Below the pieces are notes generated by a model that was given only the letters and a program-made list of their open reading frames with translations, did not search any database and was not told the DNA's origin. Position numbers and translations under genes: made by a program. From Eledone cirrhosa (lineage: Eukaryota), in contig OZ024740.1 in assembly GCA_964016885.1 (NCBI GenBank), forward strand, positions 22,444,001-22,508,000: a stretch of 64,000 nucleotides of DNA, in the 5' to 3' direction. Positions 40,553 to 52,600 of the stretch are shown piece after piece. The first letter of the stretch is position 1. Every line of letters begins with the position of its first letter.

Positions 40553-40648
40553 TGTTAACTTTGCCTTTCATCGGGGTCAATAAAATAAAGTACCAGTAAT
40601 GCACTGGGTAATTGCTGGCCTTGTGCCAAAAGTAGAAACAATTATTAT
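40553..40648 (+). mobile_element. SINE 3' half
   Basis: gttaactttgcctttcatcggggtcaataaaataaagtaccagtaatgcactgggtaattgctggccttgtgccaaaagtagaaacaattatt. Confidence 0.9.
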
Positions 40649-40650
40649 AA

Positions 40651-40700
40651 ATGTCCCTTAATGTGAGCTCTGTGTGGCTAATAAAGAAATTATTATTATA
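40651..40700 (+). mobile_element. Severely 5'-truncated LINE 3' end
   Basis: tgtccctt...tgtggctaataaagaaat followed by (att)n. It matches the 3' end of the 34175-35700 element. Confidence 0.6.
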
Positions 40701-40944
40701 ATATACTTGTGGCCATTGTTGATGTTGCCTTTGCTGTTATTGATGGCTGTGCCAGTGGTGCTGGGTGTTTTCCTTGGGAGGTCCATTGTTGGTGAGAGAC
40801 ATGGGTACCATTGTAGCTGTTAATGAGACGTTCACAATTTCATTTTGACCGGGTCACTCTGTCAGTCTATTTATATCTTTTTTTTTAAAACTTTTTCCTT
40901 TCTAGCCTTGTCTAGTGTTACTGCTACCTTCCCTCTCCTTCTCA

Positions 40945-42150
40945 GCATGCGGACGGACCAGTAAAGTTGCTCGGCATTTGGTTTGGACCAGACCTCCAGG
41001 TGGATAAGATTTGGGACGAGATGAAGATTAGCGTAGCCAGTCTCACGCTGCTAGGAAATTATGACTTAAATTGGGGCGGAGGTGGCGCATGCGTACATCG
41101 CGTCCGTCATCTACTGCCGCCTGACTGTCGTGCCTTTCCCCCGTCCGCGTCTCGCCAAGTTGGAACGGTTGCTCTTCAAATTCTTGTGGAGGGGACATGT
41201 TCCGTTGGTGAGGCGGTCCATCTACTGCCAGAACCCTCTACGTGAAGGGCTGGGCATGCCCTGGCTAATGATGCGCAAACGTGCGCTGAGGCTGCGGAAT
41301 CTCCAGATATTCTGCCTAAACGGTGAACAGGTGTGGTCGCCGTTTATCAGACGGGCCTTTCCGCAGCTCGTCTCTTTGACAGAGCTGCGGTCCTGGGTCA
41401 AGAAGAGACCAAGACTGTGTGACTGACATCTGGAATGTTGCCAGGTACTCACTGCCCTCTACCAGGCGAACAATGAGTTCAGTGGAACTTCCAGTCTCGA
41501 GTTCTACAGAGGATTAATGGTGAGCAAGTGCGACGACGCATTCGGAGAGGCTCTGGGCGTCGAACTGACCAGTCTGTTCCGGAGAACTTTCTAGCCGGGG
41601 ACGATGGATAACGTTCAAAAATCCCTCGCTTGGCAGTACTACCGGTTCGAGATAAACTCTACAGGCACGGAAGTGCTGTCAGATGAACCTGCCCGAGATG
41701 CGCGCAGAACAACGAAACCGTTCTGCATGCACTCGTCCAGTGTCCGTGCATTACTGACTTGTGGAGTTATGTCGAACAGCTGTTGTCGTGTGTAGAACGG
41801 ATCCGGCTATCAGCCGAATCCATAGTGAAGATCGACCCGCCGCCTTCTTTTGGCCAGGAAGGGCAGGCAATTTTCCTGTCTGGTGGCAGTAGCGAAAGGA
41901 AAGGACTGAAGACAGACACTTTTCTCTTCAGCCAATCCCTCATCAACTTTTTCAAGTTTCACTTGGAAAGGAAATTGAGGGTGGAGAGAGAAGTGCTGCC
42001 CTCACTCCATACATTTGCTGAAAGGTTGTATTTTTCTTGTTTATTGTTATTGTTTTCCATTATTTTACTCGATTTTAGTGTAAAGCCCCCACTGTCCCTG
42101 TCTATTGTATTGTCCCCTATATCTCGGTCCTTTGACCAATAAATGAAACC
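40945..42150 (+). mobile_element. 5'-truncated Tx1/L1-like LINE: degenerate ORF2 C-terminus plus 3' UTR
   Basis: Peptides LLGIWFG, LERLLFKFLWRG..PLVRR, EGLGMP, a Cys/His zinc-finger remnant (cccgagatgc...ctgcatgcactcgtccagtgt) and LINFFKFHLERKLRVEREVL. AATAAA at 42138 is followed by (ATT)n. Confidence 0.82.
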
Positions 42151-42164
42151 ATTATTATTATTAA

Positions 42165-42650
42165 AGGGTGTTAACCTCGGAGTTCAAATCCCGCCGAGGT
42201 TAACTTTGCCTTTCATCCTTACGGGGTCGATAAAATAAAGTCCCAGTAATGCACTGGGTAATTGATGGCCTTGTGCCAAAAGTAGAAACAATTATTATTA
42301 TTAAAGGGCGGTGGTTTGGCAGTATCGGTAGAGGGTCGGACGCCATGCTTTGCAGTAAAGAGTTACGGCCTTTTATGGTCTGAGTTCAAATCCCGCTGAG
42401 GTTAACTTTGCCTTTCATCCTTACGGGGTCGATAAAATAAAGTACCAGTAATACACTGGGATAATTGCTGACCTTGTGCCAAAAGTAGAAACAATTATTA
42501 TTATATGAGTTCAAATTCCGCCGAGGTTTGTTTGCCTTTCATCCTTACGGGGTCGATAAATAAAGTACCAGTAATGCACCGAGGTCAATTTAGTCGACTT
42601 TCCACTCCCCCCAAATTGTTGGCCTTGTGCTTAAATCATAAACCATTATT
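42165..42650 (+). mobile_element. Head-to-tail cluster of three SINE copies (~42180-42290 truncated; 42306-42493 full length; ~42506-42650 variant tail)
   Basis: The core gcctttcatccttacggggtcgataaa occurs three times, separated by (ATT)n. Confidence 0.92.
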
Positions 42651-42763
42651 TGTTCTAATAAGTTTATCGTGTCTTTATATCCTACTGAGGAATGTGTTGA
42701 AACAATTGGAAAGTATTAAATATTTTAAGAATGCTTTTATCTGTCATCTCAATTTGTTCTATA

Positions 42764-42848
42764 TTCTTTCTTTCCTTCTCTCTTTCTTTATTTTTTTCTT
42801 CCTTTCTTTCTTTCTATCTTTCTTACTTTCGTTCTTTCTTTCTTTCTC

Positions 42849-42926
<78 letters not shown>

Positions 42927-42942
42927 CTCTCTCTTTCTCTTC
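42764..42942. repeat. (TTTC)n/(TC)n microsatellite
   Basis: Direct reading of the sequence. Confidence 0.97.
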
Positions 42943-43039
42943 CTGCTATATCAAGTGTTAACCTAATATATCCCTTCCATATACTGTACCGATTGTGTTG
43001 TTATTTCTGTTTACCTTTTACATACATACATACCCCCCC

Positions 43040-43041
<2 letters not shown>

Positions 43042-43086
<45 letters not shown>
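43042..43086. repeat. (AT)n microsatellite
   Basis: Direct reading of the sequence. Confidence 0.98.
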
Positions 43087-43089
<3 letters not shown>

Positions 43090-43168
43090 TTGAGGTTTCT
43101 GTTTATACAATCGCTAATAATTACGTCACACTCTACTAACTCTATAAACACATATAATGTATATAAAC

Positions 43169-43209
43169 AGAGAGAGAGAGAGGGAAAGAGAGAGTAAGAG
43201 AGAGAGAGA

Positions 43210-43296
<87 letters not shown>
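43169..43296. repeat. (GA)n microsatellite
   Basis: Direct reading of the sequence. Confidence 0.98.
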
Positions 43297-43300
<4 letters not shown>

Positions 43301-43602
43301 GAAGGAGATAAAGAGATTGTTGATGATTGTGATGCAAATGTGAGAAAGTAAGATCGGAAGTTGTTAAAATTTGTGACAATGGAGAGGATGTTGGAAGTAA
43401 AAAGAAAAGGTGGATGTTTAAAAGAGGATAAAGTAGTGGGGTTGGGTTGTCAGATTGAAAGGAAGGAGCTGAGGCAGTGGGGGTGGGGAGAGATAGGAAT
43501 TAAAGACAAGTCCAAAGAAATGGATGGAATCTCAGAATAAAAGAATTAAAGAATGTCAAAATCAGGAATAGACGAAGTGAAAGAATACCATTTGGTATGT
43601 CT

Positions 43603-46600
43603 TGTGTGTGTATTGGTGAAGGAGTGTCAGTGTGTGTATTGGTGAAGGAGTGTCAGTGTGTATTGGTGAAGGAGTGTCTGTGTGTGTATTGGTGAAGGAG
43701 TGTCAGTGTAGGTATTGGTGAATCAGTGTCTGTGTGTGTATTGGTGAAGGAGTGTCTGTGTAGGTATTGGTGAAGGAGTGTCTGTGTGTGTATTGGTGAA
43801 GGAGTGTCAGTGTAGGTATTGGTGAATCAGTGTCTGTGTGTGTATTGGTGAAGGAGTGTATGTGTAGGTATTGGTGAAGGAGTGTCTGTGTGTGTATTGG
43901 TGAAGGAGTGTCTGTGTGTGTACTGGTGAAGGAGTGTCTGTGTAGGTATTGGTGAAGGAGTGTCTGTGTGTGTATTGGTGAAGGAGTGTCTGTGTATGTA
44001 TTGGTGAAGGAGTGTGAGTGTGTGTATTGGTGAAGGAGTGTCTGTGTGTGTATTGGTGAACGAGTGTCTGTGTGTGTATTGGTAAAGGAGTGTCTGTGTG
44101 GGTATTGGTGAAGGAGTGTCTGTGTGGGTATTGGTGAAGGAGTGTCAGTGTGTGTATTGGTGAAAGAGTGTCTGTGTGTGTATTGGTGAAGGAGTGTCAG
44201 TGTGTGTATTGGTGAAGGAGTGTCTGTGTGTGTATTGGTGAAGGAGTGTCTGTGTGTGTATTGGTGAAGGAGTGTCTGTGTGTGTACTGGTGAAGGAGTG
44301 TCTGTGTGTGTATTGGTGAAGGAGTGTCTGTGTGTGTATTGGTGAAGGAGTGTCTGTGTGTGTATTGGTGAAGGAGTGTCAGTGTGTGTATTGGTGAAGG
44401 AGTGTCTGTGTGTGTATTGGTGAAGGAGTGTCTGTGTGTGTATTGGTGAAGGAGTGTCTGTGTGTGTATTGGTGAATGAGTGTCTGTGTGGGTATTGGTG
44501 AAGGAGTGACTGTGTGGGTATTGGTGAAGGAGTGTCAGTGTGTGTATTGGTGAAGGAGTGTCTGTGTGTATATTGGTGAAGGAGTGTCAGTGTAGGTATT
44601 GGTGAAGGAGTGTGAGTGTGTGTATTGGTAAAGGAGTGTCTGTGTGGGTATTGGTGAAGGAGTGTCTGTGTGTGTATTGGTGAAGGAGTGTCAGTGTAAG
44701 TAATGGTGGAGGAGTGTCAGTGTGTGTATTGGTGAAGGAGTGTCAGTGTAGGTATTGGTGAAGGAGTGTCAGTGTGTGTATTGGTGAAGGAGTGTCAGTG
44801 TAGTTATTGGTGAAGGAGTGTCTGTGTGGGTATTGGTGAAGGAGTGTCTGTGTGTGTATTGGTGAAGGAGTGTCTGTGTAGGTATTGGTGAAGGAGTGTC
44901 TGTGTGTGTATTGGTGAAGGAGTGTCAGTGTAGGTATTGGTGAAGGAGTGTCAATGTGGGTATTGGTGAAGGAGTGTCAGTGTGTGTATTAGTGAAGGAG
45001 TGTCTGTGTGTGTATTGGTGAAGGAGTGTCTGTGTGTGTATTGGTGAAGGAGTTTCATTGTAGGTATTGGCGAAGGAGTGTCTGTGTGGGTATTGGTGAA
45101 GGAGTGTCAGTGTGTGTATTGGTGAAGGAGTGTCTGTGTAGGTATTGGTGAAGGAGTGTCTGTGTGTGTATTGGTGAAGGAGTGTCAGTGTGTGTATTGG
45201 TGAAGGAGTGTCTGTGTGTGTATTGGTGAAGGAGTGTCTCTGTGTGTATTGGTGAAGGAGTGTCTGTGTGGGTATTGGTGAAGGAGTGTCTGTGTGGGTA
45301 TTGGTGAAGGAGTGTCAGTGTGTGTATTGGTGAAGGAGTATCTGTGTGTATATTGGTGAAGGAGTGTCAGTGTAGGTATTGGTGAAGGAGTGTCAGTGTG
45401 TGTATTGGTGAAGGAGTGTTTGTGTGTGTATTGGTGAAGGAGTGTCTGTGTGTGTATTGGTGAAGGAGTGTCAGTGTAGGTATTGGTGAAGGAGTATCAG
45501 TGTGTGTATTGGTGAAGGAGTGTGAGTGTGTGTGTTTGTGAAGGAGTGTCTGTGTGTATATTGGTGAAGGAGTGTCTGTGGTGTATTGGTGGAGGAGTGT
45601 CAGTGTGTGTATTGGTAAAGGAGTGTCTGTGTGGGTATTGGTGAAGGAGTGTCTGTGTGTGTATTGGTGAAGGAGTGTCAGTGTAGGTATTGGTGGAGGA
45701 GTGTCAGTGTGTGTATTGGTGAAGGAGTGTCAGTGTAGGTATTGGTGAAGGAGTGTCAATGTGTGTATTAGTGAAGGAGTGTCTGTGTGTGTATTGGTGA
45801 AGGAGTGTCAGTGTGTGTATTAGTGAAGGAGTGTCTGTGTGTGTATTGGTGAAGGAGTGTCTGTGTGTGTATTGGTGAAGGAGTGTCTGTGTGTGTATTG
45901 GTGAAGGAGTGTCTGTGTGTGTATTGGTGAAGGAGTCTCAGTGTAGGTATTGGTGAAGGAGTGCCTGTGTGGGTATTGGTGAAGGAGTGTCAGTGTGTGT
46001 ATTGGTGAAGGAGTGTCTGTGTAGGTATTGGTGAAGGAGTGTCTGTGTGTGTATTGGTGAAGGAGTAACAGTGTGTGTATTAGTGAAGGAGTGTCTGTGT
46101 GTGTATTGGTGAAGGAGTGTCTGTGTGTGTATTGGTGAAGGAATGTCTGTGTGGGTATTGGTGAAGCAGTGTCAGTGTGTGTATTGGTGAAGGAGTGTCA
46201 GTGTAGGTATTGGTGAAGGAGTGTCAGTGTGTGTATTGGTGAAGGAGTGCCTGTGTGTGTATTGGTGAAGGAGTGTCAGTGTGTGTATTGGTGAAGGAGT
46301 GTCAGTGTGGGTATTGGTGAAGGAGTATCTGTGTGTGTATTGGTGAAGGAGTGTCTGTGTGGGTATTGGTGAAGGAGTATCTGTGTGTGTATTGGTGAAG
46401 GAGTGTCAGTGTAGTTATTGGTGGAGGAGTGTCAGTGTGTGTATTGGTGAAGGAGTGTCAGTGTAGGTATTGGTGAAGGAGTGTCAGTGTGTCTATTGGT
46501 GAAGGAGTGTCAGTGTAGGTATTGGTAAAGTAGTGTCTGTGTGTGTATTAGTGAAGGAGTGTCAGTGTAGGTATTGGTGAAGGAGTGTCAGTGTGTGTAT

Positions 46601-49600
46601 TGGTGAAGGAGTGTCAGTGTGTGTATTGGTGAAGGAGTGTCTGTGTGGGTATTGGTGAAGGAGTGTCTGTGTGTGTATTGGTGAAGGAGTGCTAGTGTAG
46701 TTATTGGTGGAGGAGTGTCAGTGTGTGTATTGGTGAAGGAGTGTCAGTGTAGGTATTGGTGAAGGAGTGTCAGTGTGTGTATTGCTGAAGGAGTGTCAGT
46801 GTAGGTATTGGTGAAGTAGTGTCTGTGTGTGTATTGGTGAAGGAGTGTCTATGTGTGTATTGGTGAAGGAGTGTCTGTGTGGTGTGTATTGGTGAAGGAG
46901 TGTCTGTGTGTGTATTGGTGAAGGAATGTCTGTGTGTGTATTGTTGAAGGTATGTCTGTGTGTGTATTGGTTAAGGAGTGTCTGTGTGGGTATTGGTGAA
47001 GGAATGTCTGTGTGTATTGGTGAAGGAGTGTCTGTGTGGGTATTGGTGAAAGAGTGTCAGTGTAGGTATTGGTGAAGGAGAGTCAGTGTGGGTATTGGTG
47101 AAGGAGTTTCAGTGTGTGTATTGGTGAAGGTGTGTCTGTGTGTGTATTGGTGAAGGAGTGTCTGTGTGGGAATTGGAGAAGGAGTGTCTGTGTGTGTATT
47201 GGTGAAGGAGTGTCTCTGTGTGTATTGGTGAAGGAGTGTCAGTGTAGGTATTGGTGAAGGAGTGTTAGTGTGTGTATTGGTGAAGGAGTGTCTGTGTGTG
47301 TATTGGTGAAGGAGTGTCTGTATGGGTATTGGTGAAGGAGTGTCAGTGTGTGTATTGGTGAAGGAGTGTCAGTGTGTGTATTGGTGAAGGAGTGTCAGTG
47401 TGTGTATTTGTGAAGGAGTGTCAGTGTGTGTATTGGTGAAGGAGTGTTTGTGTGGGTATTGGTGAAGGAGTGTCTGTGTGGGTATTGGTGAAGGAGTGTC
47501 AGTGTAGGTATTGGTGAAGGAGTGTCAGTGTGTGTATTTGTGAAGGAGTGTCAGTGTGTGTATTGGTGAAGGAGTGTCTGTGTGGGTATTGGTGAAGGAG
47601 TGTCTGTGTGTGTATTGGTGAAGGAGTGTCAGTGTAGTTATTGGTGGAGGAGTGTCAGTGTGTGTATTGGTGAATGAGTGTCAGTGTAGGTATTGGTGAA
47701 GGAGAGTCAGTGTGTGTATTGGTGAAGGAGTGTCATTGTAGGTATTGGTGAATATTGTCTGTGTGTATATTGGTGAAGGAGTGTCAGTGTAGGTATTGGT
47801 GAAGGAGTGTCAATGTGTGTATTAGTGAAGGAGTGTCAGGGTAGGTATTGGTGAAGGAGTGTCTGTGTGTGTATTGGTGAAGGAGTGTCTGTGTGTGTAT
47901 TGGTGAAGGAGTGTCAGTGTGTGTATTGGTGAAGGAGTGTCTGTGTGTGTATTGGTGAAGGAGTTTCAGTGTAGGTATTGGTGAAGGAGTGTCAGTGTGT
48001 GTATTGGTGAAGGAGTGTCTGTGTGTGTATTGGTGAGGGAGTGTCTGTGTGTGTATTGGTGAAGGTATGTCTGTGTGTGTATTGGTGAAGGAGTGTCTGT
48101 GTGGGTATTGCTGAAGGAGTGTCTGTGTGTGTATTGGTGAAGGAATGTCTGTGTGTATTGGTGAAGGAGTGTCTGTGTGGTTATTGGTGAAGGAGTGTCA
48201 GTGTGTGTATTGGCGAAGGAATGTCTGTGTTTATTGGTGAAGGAGTGTCTGTGTGTGTATTGGTGAAGGAGTTTCAGTGTAGGTATTGGTGAAGGAGTGT
48301 CTGTGTGTGTATTGGTGAACGAGTGTCTGTGTGTGTATTGGTGAAGGAGTGTCTGTGTGTGTATTGGTGAAGGAGTGTCTGTGTGTGTATTGGTGAAGGA
48401 GTTTCAGTGTAGGTATTGGTGAAGGAGTGTCTGTGTGTGTATTGGTGAACGAGTGTCTGTGTGTGTATTGGTGAAGGAGTGTCAGTGTGTGTATTGGCGA
48501 AGGAATGTCTGTGTTTATTGGTGAAGGAGTGTCTGTGTGGTTATTGGTGAAGGAGTGTCAGTGTGTGTATTGGTGAAGTAGTGTCTGTGTGTGTATTGGT
48601 GAAGGAGTGTCTGTGTGGGTATTGGTGAAGGAGTGTCAGTGTGTGTATTGGTGAAGGAGTGTCATTGTGTGTATTGGTGAAGGAGTGTCAGTGTGGGTAT
48701 TGGTGAAGGAGTGTCAGTGTGGGTATTGGTGAAGGAGTGTCTCTGTGTATTGGTGAAGGAGTGTCTGTGTTTGTATTGGTGAAGGAGTGTCAGTGTGTGC
48801 ATTGGTGAAGGAGTGTCTGTGTGGGTATTGGTGAAGGAGTGTCAGTGTGCGTATTGTTGAAGGAGTGTCAGTGTGTGTATTGGTGAAGGAGTGTCAGTTT
48901 GGGTATTGGTGAAGGAGTGTCAGTGTGGGTATTGGTGAAGGAGTGTCTCTGTGTATTGGTGAAGGAGTGTCTGTGTTTGTATTGGTGAAGGAGTGTCAGT
49001 GTGTGCATTGGTGAAGGAGTGTCTGTGTGGGTATTGGTGAAGGAGTGTCAGTGTGGGTATTGTTGAAGGAGTGTCAGTGTGTGTATTGGTGAAGGAGTGT
49101 CAGTTTGGGTATTGGTGAAGTAGTGTCTGTGTGTGTATTGTTGAAGGAGTGTCTGTGTGGGTATTGGTGAAGGAGTATCTGCGTGGTGTGTGTTGGTGAA
49201 GTTGTGACAGTGTGTGTATTGGTGAAAGGAGTGTCTGTGTGTGTATTGGTGAAGGTGTGTCTGTGTGTGTATTGGTGAAGGAGTGTATGTGTGGGTATTG
49301 GTGAAGGAGTGTCTGTGTGTGTATTGGTGAAGGAGTGTCTGTGTGGGTATTGGTGAAGGAGTGTCTGTGTGGGTATTGTTGAAGGAGTGTCAGTGTGGGT
49401 ATTGGTGAAAGAGTGTCAGTGTAGGTATTGGTGAAGGAGTGTCAGTGTGGGTATTGGTGAAGGAGTGTCAGTGTGTGTATTGGTGAAGGAGTGTCTGTTT
49501 TGGAATTTGAGTAGGAGTGTCTGTGTGTGTATTGGTGAAGGTGTGTCTCTGTGTGTATTGGTGAAGGAGTGTCAGTGTAGGTATTGGTGAAGGAGTGTCA

Positions 49601-52600
49601 GTGTGTGTATTGGTGAAGGAGTGTCTGTTTTGGAATTTGAGTAGGAGTGTCTGTGTGTGTATTGGTGAAGGTGTGTCTCTGTGTGTATTGGTGAAGGAGT
49701 GTCAGTGTAGGTATTGGTGAAGGAGTGTCAGTGTGTGTATTGGTGAAGGAGTGTCTGTGTGGGTATTGGTGAAGGAGTGTCTGTGTGGGTATTGGTGAAG
49801 GAGTGTCATTGTGGGTAGTGGTGAAGGAGTGTCAGTGTGTTTATTGGTGAAGGACTGTCAGTGTGTGTATTGGTGAAGGAGTGTCTGTGTGTGTATTGGT
49901 GAAGGAGTGTCTGTGTGTGTATTGGTGAAGGAGTGTCTGTGTGTGTATTGGTGAAGGAGTGTCAGTGTGTGTATTGGTGAAGGAGTGTCTGTGTGTGTAT
50001 TGGTGAAGGAGTATCTGTGTGTGTATTGGTGAAGGAGTGTCACTGTGTGTATTGGTGAAGGAGTGTCAGTGTAGGTATTGGTGAAGGAGTGTCTGTGTGG
50101 GTATTGGTGAAGGAGTCTCTGTGTATGTATTGGTGAAGGAGTGTCTGTGTGTGTATTGGTGAAGGAGTATCTGTGTGTGTATTGGTGAAGGAGTGTCAGT
50201 GTGTGTATTGGTGAAGAAGTGTCTGTGTGTGTATTGGTGAAGGAGTGTCTGTGTGTGTATTGGTGAAGGAGTGTCAATGTGTGTATTGGTGAAGGAGTGT
50301 CAGTGTGTGTATTGGTGAAGGAGTGCCAGCGTGGGTATTGGTGAAGGAGTGTCTGTGTGTGTATTGGTGAAGGAGTGTCTGTGTGTGTATTGGTGAAGGA
50401 GTGTCTGTGTGTGTATTGGTGAAGGAATGTCTGTGTGGGTATTGGTGAAGGAGTGTCAGTGTGTGTATTGGTGAAGGAGTGTCAGTATGTGTATTGGTGA
50501 AGGAGTGTCAGTGTAGGTATTGGTGAAGGAGTGTCTGTGTGCGTATTGGTGAAGGAGTGTCTGTGTGTGTATTGGTGAAGGAGTGTCAGTGTGTGTATTG
50601 GTGAAGTAGTGTCTGTGTGTGTATTGGTGAAGGAGTGTCTGTGTGTGTATTGGTGAAGGAGTTTTAGTGTAGGTATTGGTGAAGGAGTGTCAGTGTGTGT
50701 ATTGGTGAAGGAGTGTCAGTGTGTGTATTGGTGAAGGAGTGTCTGTGTGTATATTGGTGAAGGAGCGTCAGTGTGTGTATTGGCGAAGGTATGTCTGTGT
50801 GTGTATTTGTGAAGGAGTGTCTGTATGGGTATTGGTGAAGGAGTGTCTGTGTGTGTATTGGCGAAGGAATGTCTGTGTGTATTGGTGAAGGAGTGTCTGT
50901 GTGGGTATTGGTGAAGGAGTGTCAGTGTGTGTATTGGTGAAGTAGTTTCTGTGTGTGTATTGGTGAAGGAGTGTCTGTGTGTGTATTAGTGAAGGAGTGT
51001 CTGTGTGGTGTGTATTGGTGAAGGTGTGACAGTGTGTGTATTGGTGAAAGGAGTGTCTGTGTGTTTATTGGTGAAGGAGTGTCTGTGTATGTATTGGTGA
51101 AGGAGTGTCTGTGTGTGTATTGGTGAAGGAGTATCTGTGTGTGTATTGATGAAGGAGTGTCAGTGTGTGTATTGGTGAAGAAGTGTCTGTGTGTGTATTG
51201 GTGAAGGAGTGTCTGTGTGTGTATTGGTGAAGGAGTGTCAATGTGTGTATTGGTGAAGGAGTGTCAGTGTGTGTATTGGTGAAGGAGTGCCAGCGTTGGT
51301 ATTGGTGAAGGAGTGTCTGTATGTGTATTGGTGAAGGAGTGTCTGTGTGTGTATTGGTGAAGGAGTCTCAGTGTAGGTATTGGTGAAGGAGTGCCTGTGT
51401 GGGTATTGGTGAAGGAGTGTCAGTGTGTGTATTGGTGAAGGAGTGTCTGTGTAGGTATTGGTGAAGGAGTGTCTGTGTGTGTATTGGTGAAGGAGTAACA
51501 GTGTGTGTATTAGTGAAGGAGTGTCTGTGTGTGTATTGGTGAAGGAGTGTCTGTGTGTGTATTGGTGAAGGAATGTCTGTGTGGGTATTGGTGAAGCAGT
51601 GTCAGTGTGTGTATTGGTGAAGGAGTGTCAGTGTAGGTATTGGTGAAGGAGTGTCAGTGTGTGTATTGGTGAAGGAGTGCCTGTGTGTGTATTGGTGAAG
51701 GAGTGTCAGTGTGTGTATTGGTGAAGGAGTGTCAGTGTGGGTATTGGTGAAGGAGTATCTGTGTGTGTATTGGTGAAGGAGTGTCTGTGTGGGTATTGGT
51801 GAAGGAGTATCTGTGTGTGTATTGGTGAAGGAGTGTCAGTGTAGTTATTGGTGGAGGAGTGTCAGTGTGTGTATTGGTGAAGGAGTGTCAGTGTAGGTAT
51901 TGGTGAAGGAGTGTCATTGTGTCTATTGGTGAAGGAGTGTCAGTGTAGGTATTGGTAAAGTAGTGTCTGTGTGTGTATTAGTGAAGGAGTGTAAGTGTAG
52001 GTATTGGTGAAGGAGTGTCAGTGTGTGTATTGGTGAAGGAGTGTCAGTGTGTGTATTGGTGAAGGAGTGTCTGTGTGGGTATTGGTGAAGGAGTGTCTGT
52101 GTGTGTATTGGTGAAGGAGTGCTAGTGTAGTTATTGGTGGAGGAGTGTCAGTGTGTGTATTGGTGAAGGAGTGTCAGTGTAGGTATTGGTGAAGGAGTGT
52201 CAGTGTGTGTATTGCTGAAGGAGTGTCAGTGTAGGTATTGGTGAAGTAGTGTCTGTGTGTGTATTGGTGAAGGAGTGTCTATGTGTGTATTGGTGAAGGA
52301 GTGTCTGTGTGGTGTGTATTGGTGAAGGAGTGTCTGTGTGTGTATTGGTGAAGGAATGTCTGTGTGTGTATTGTTGAAGGTATGTCTGTGTGTGTATTGG
52401 TTAAGAAGTGTCTGTGTGGGTATTGGTGAAGGAATGTCTGTGTGTATTGGTGAAGGAGTGTCTGTGTGGGTATTGGTGAAAGAGTGTCAGTGTAGGTATT
52501 GGTGAAGGAGAGTCAGTGTGGGTATTGGTGAAGGAGTGTCAGTGTGTGTATTGGTGAAGGTGTGTCTGTGTGTGTATTGGTGAAGGAGTGTCTGTGTGGG

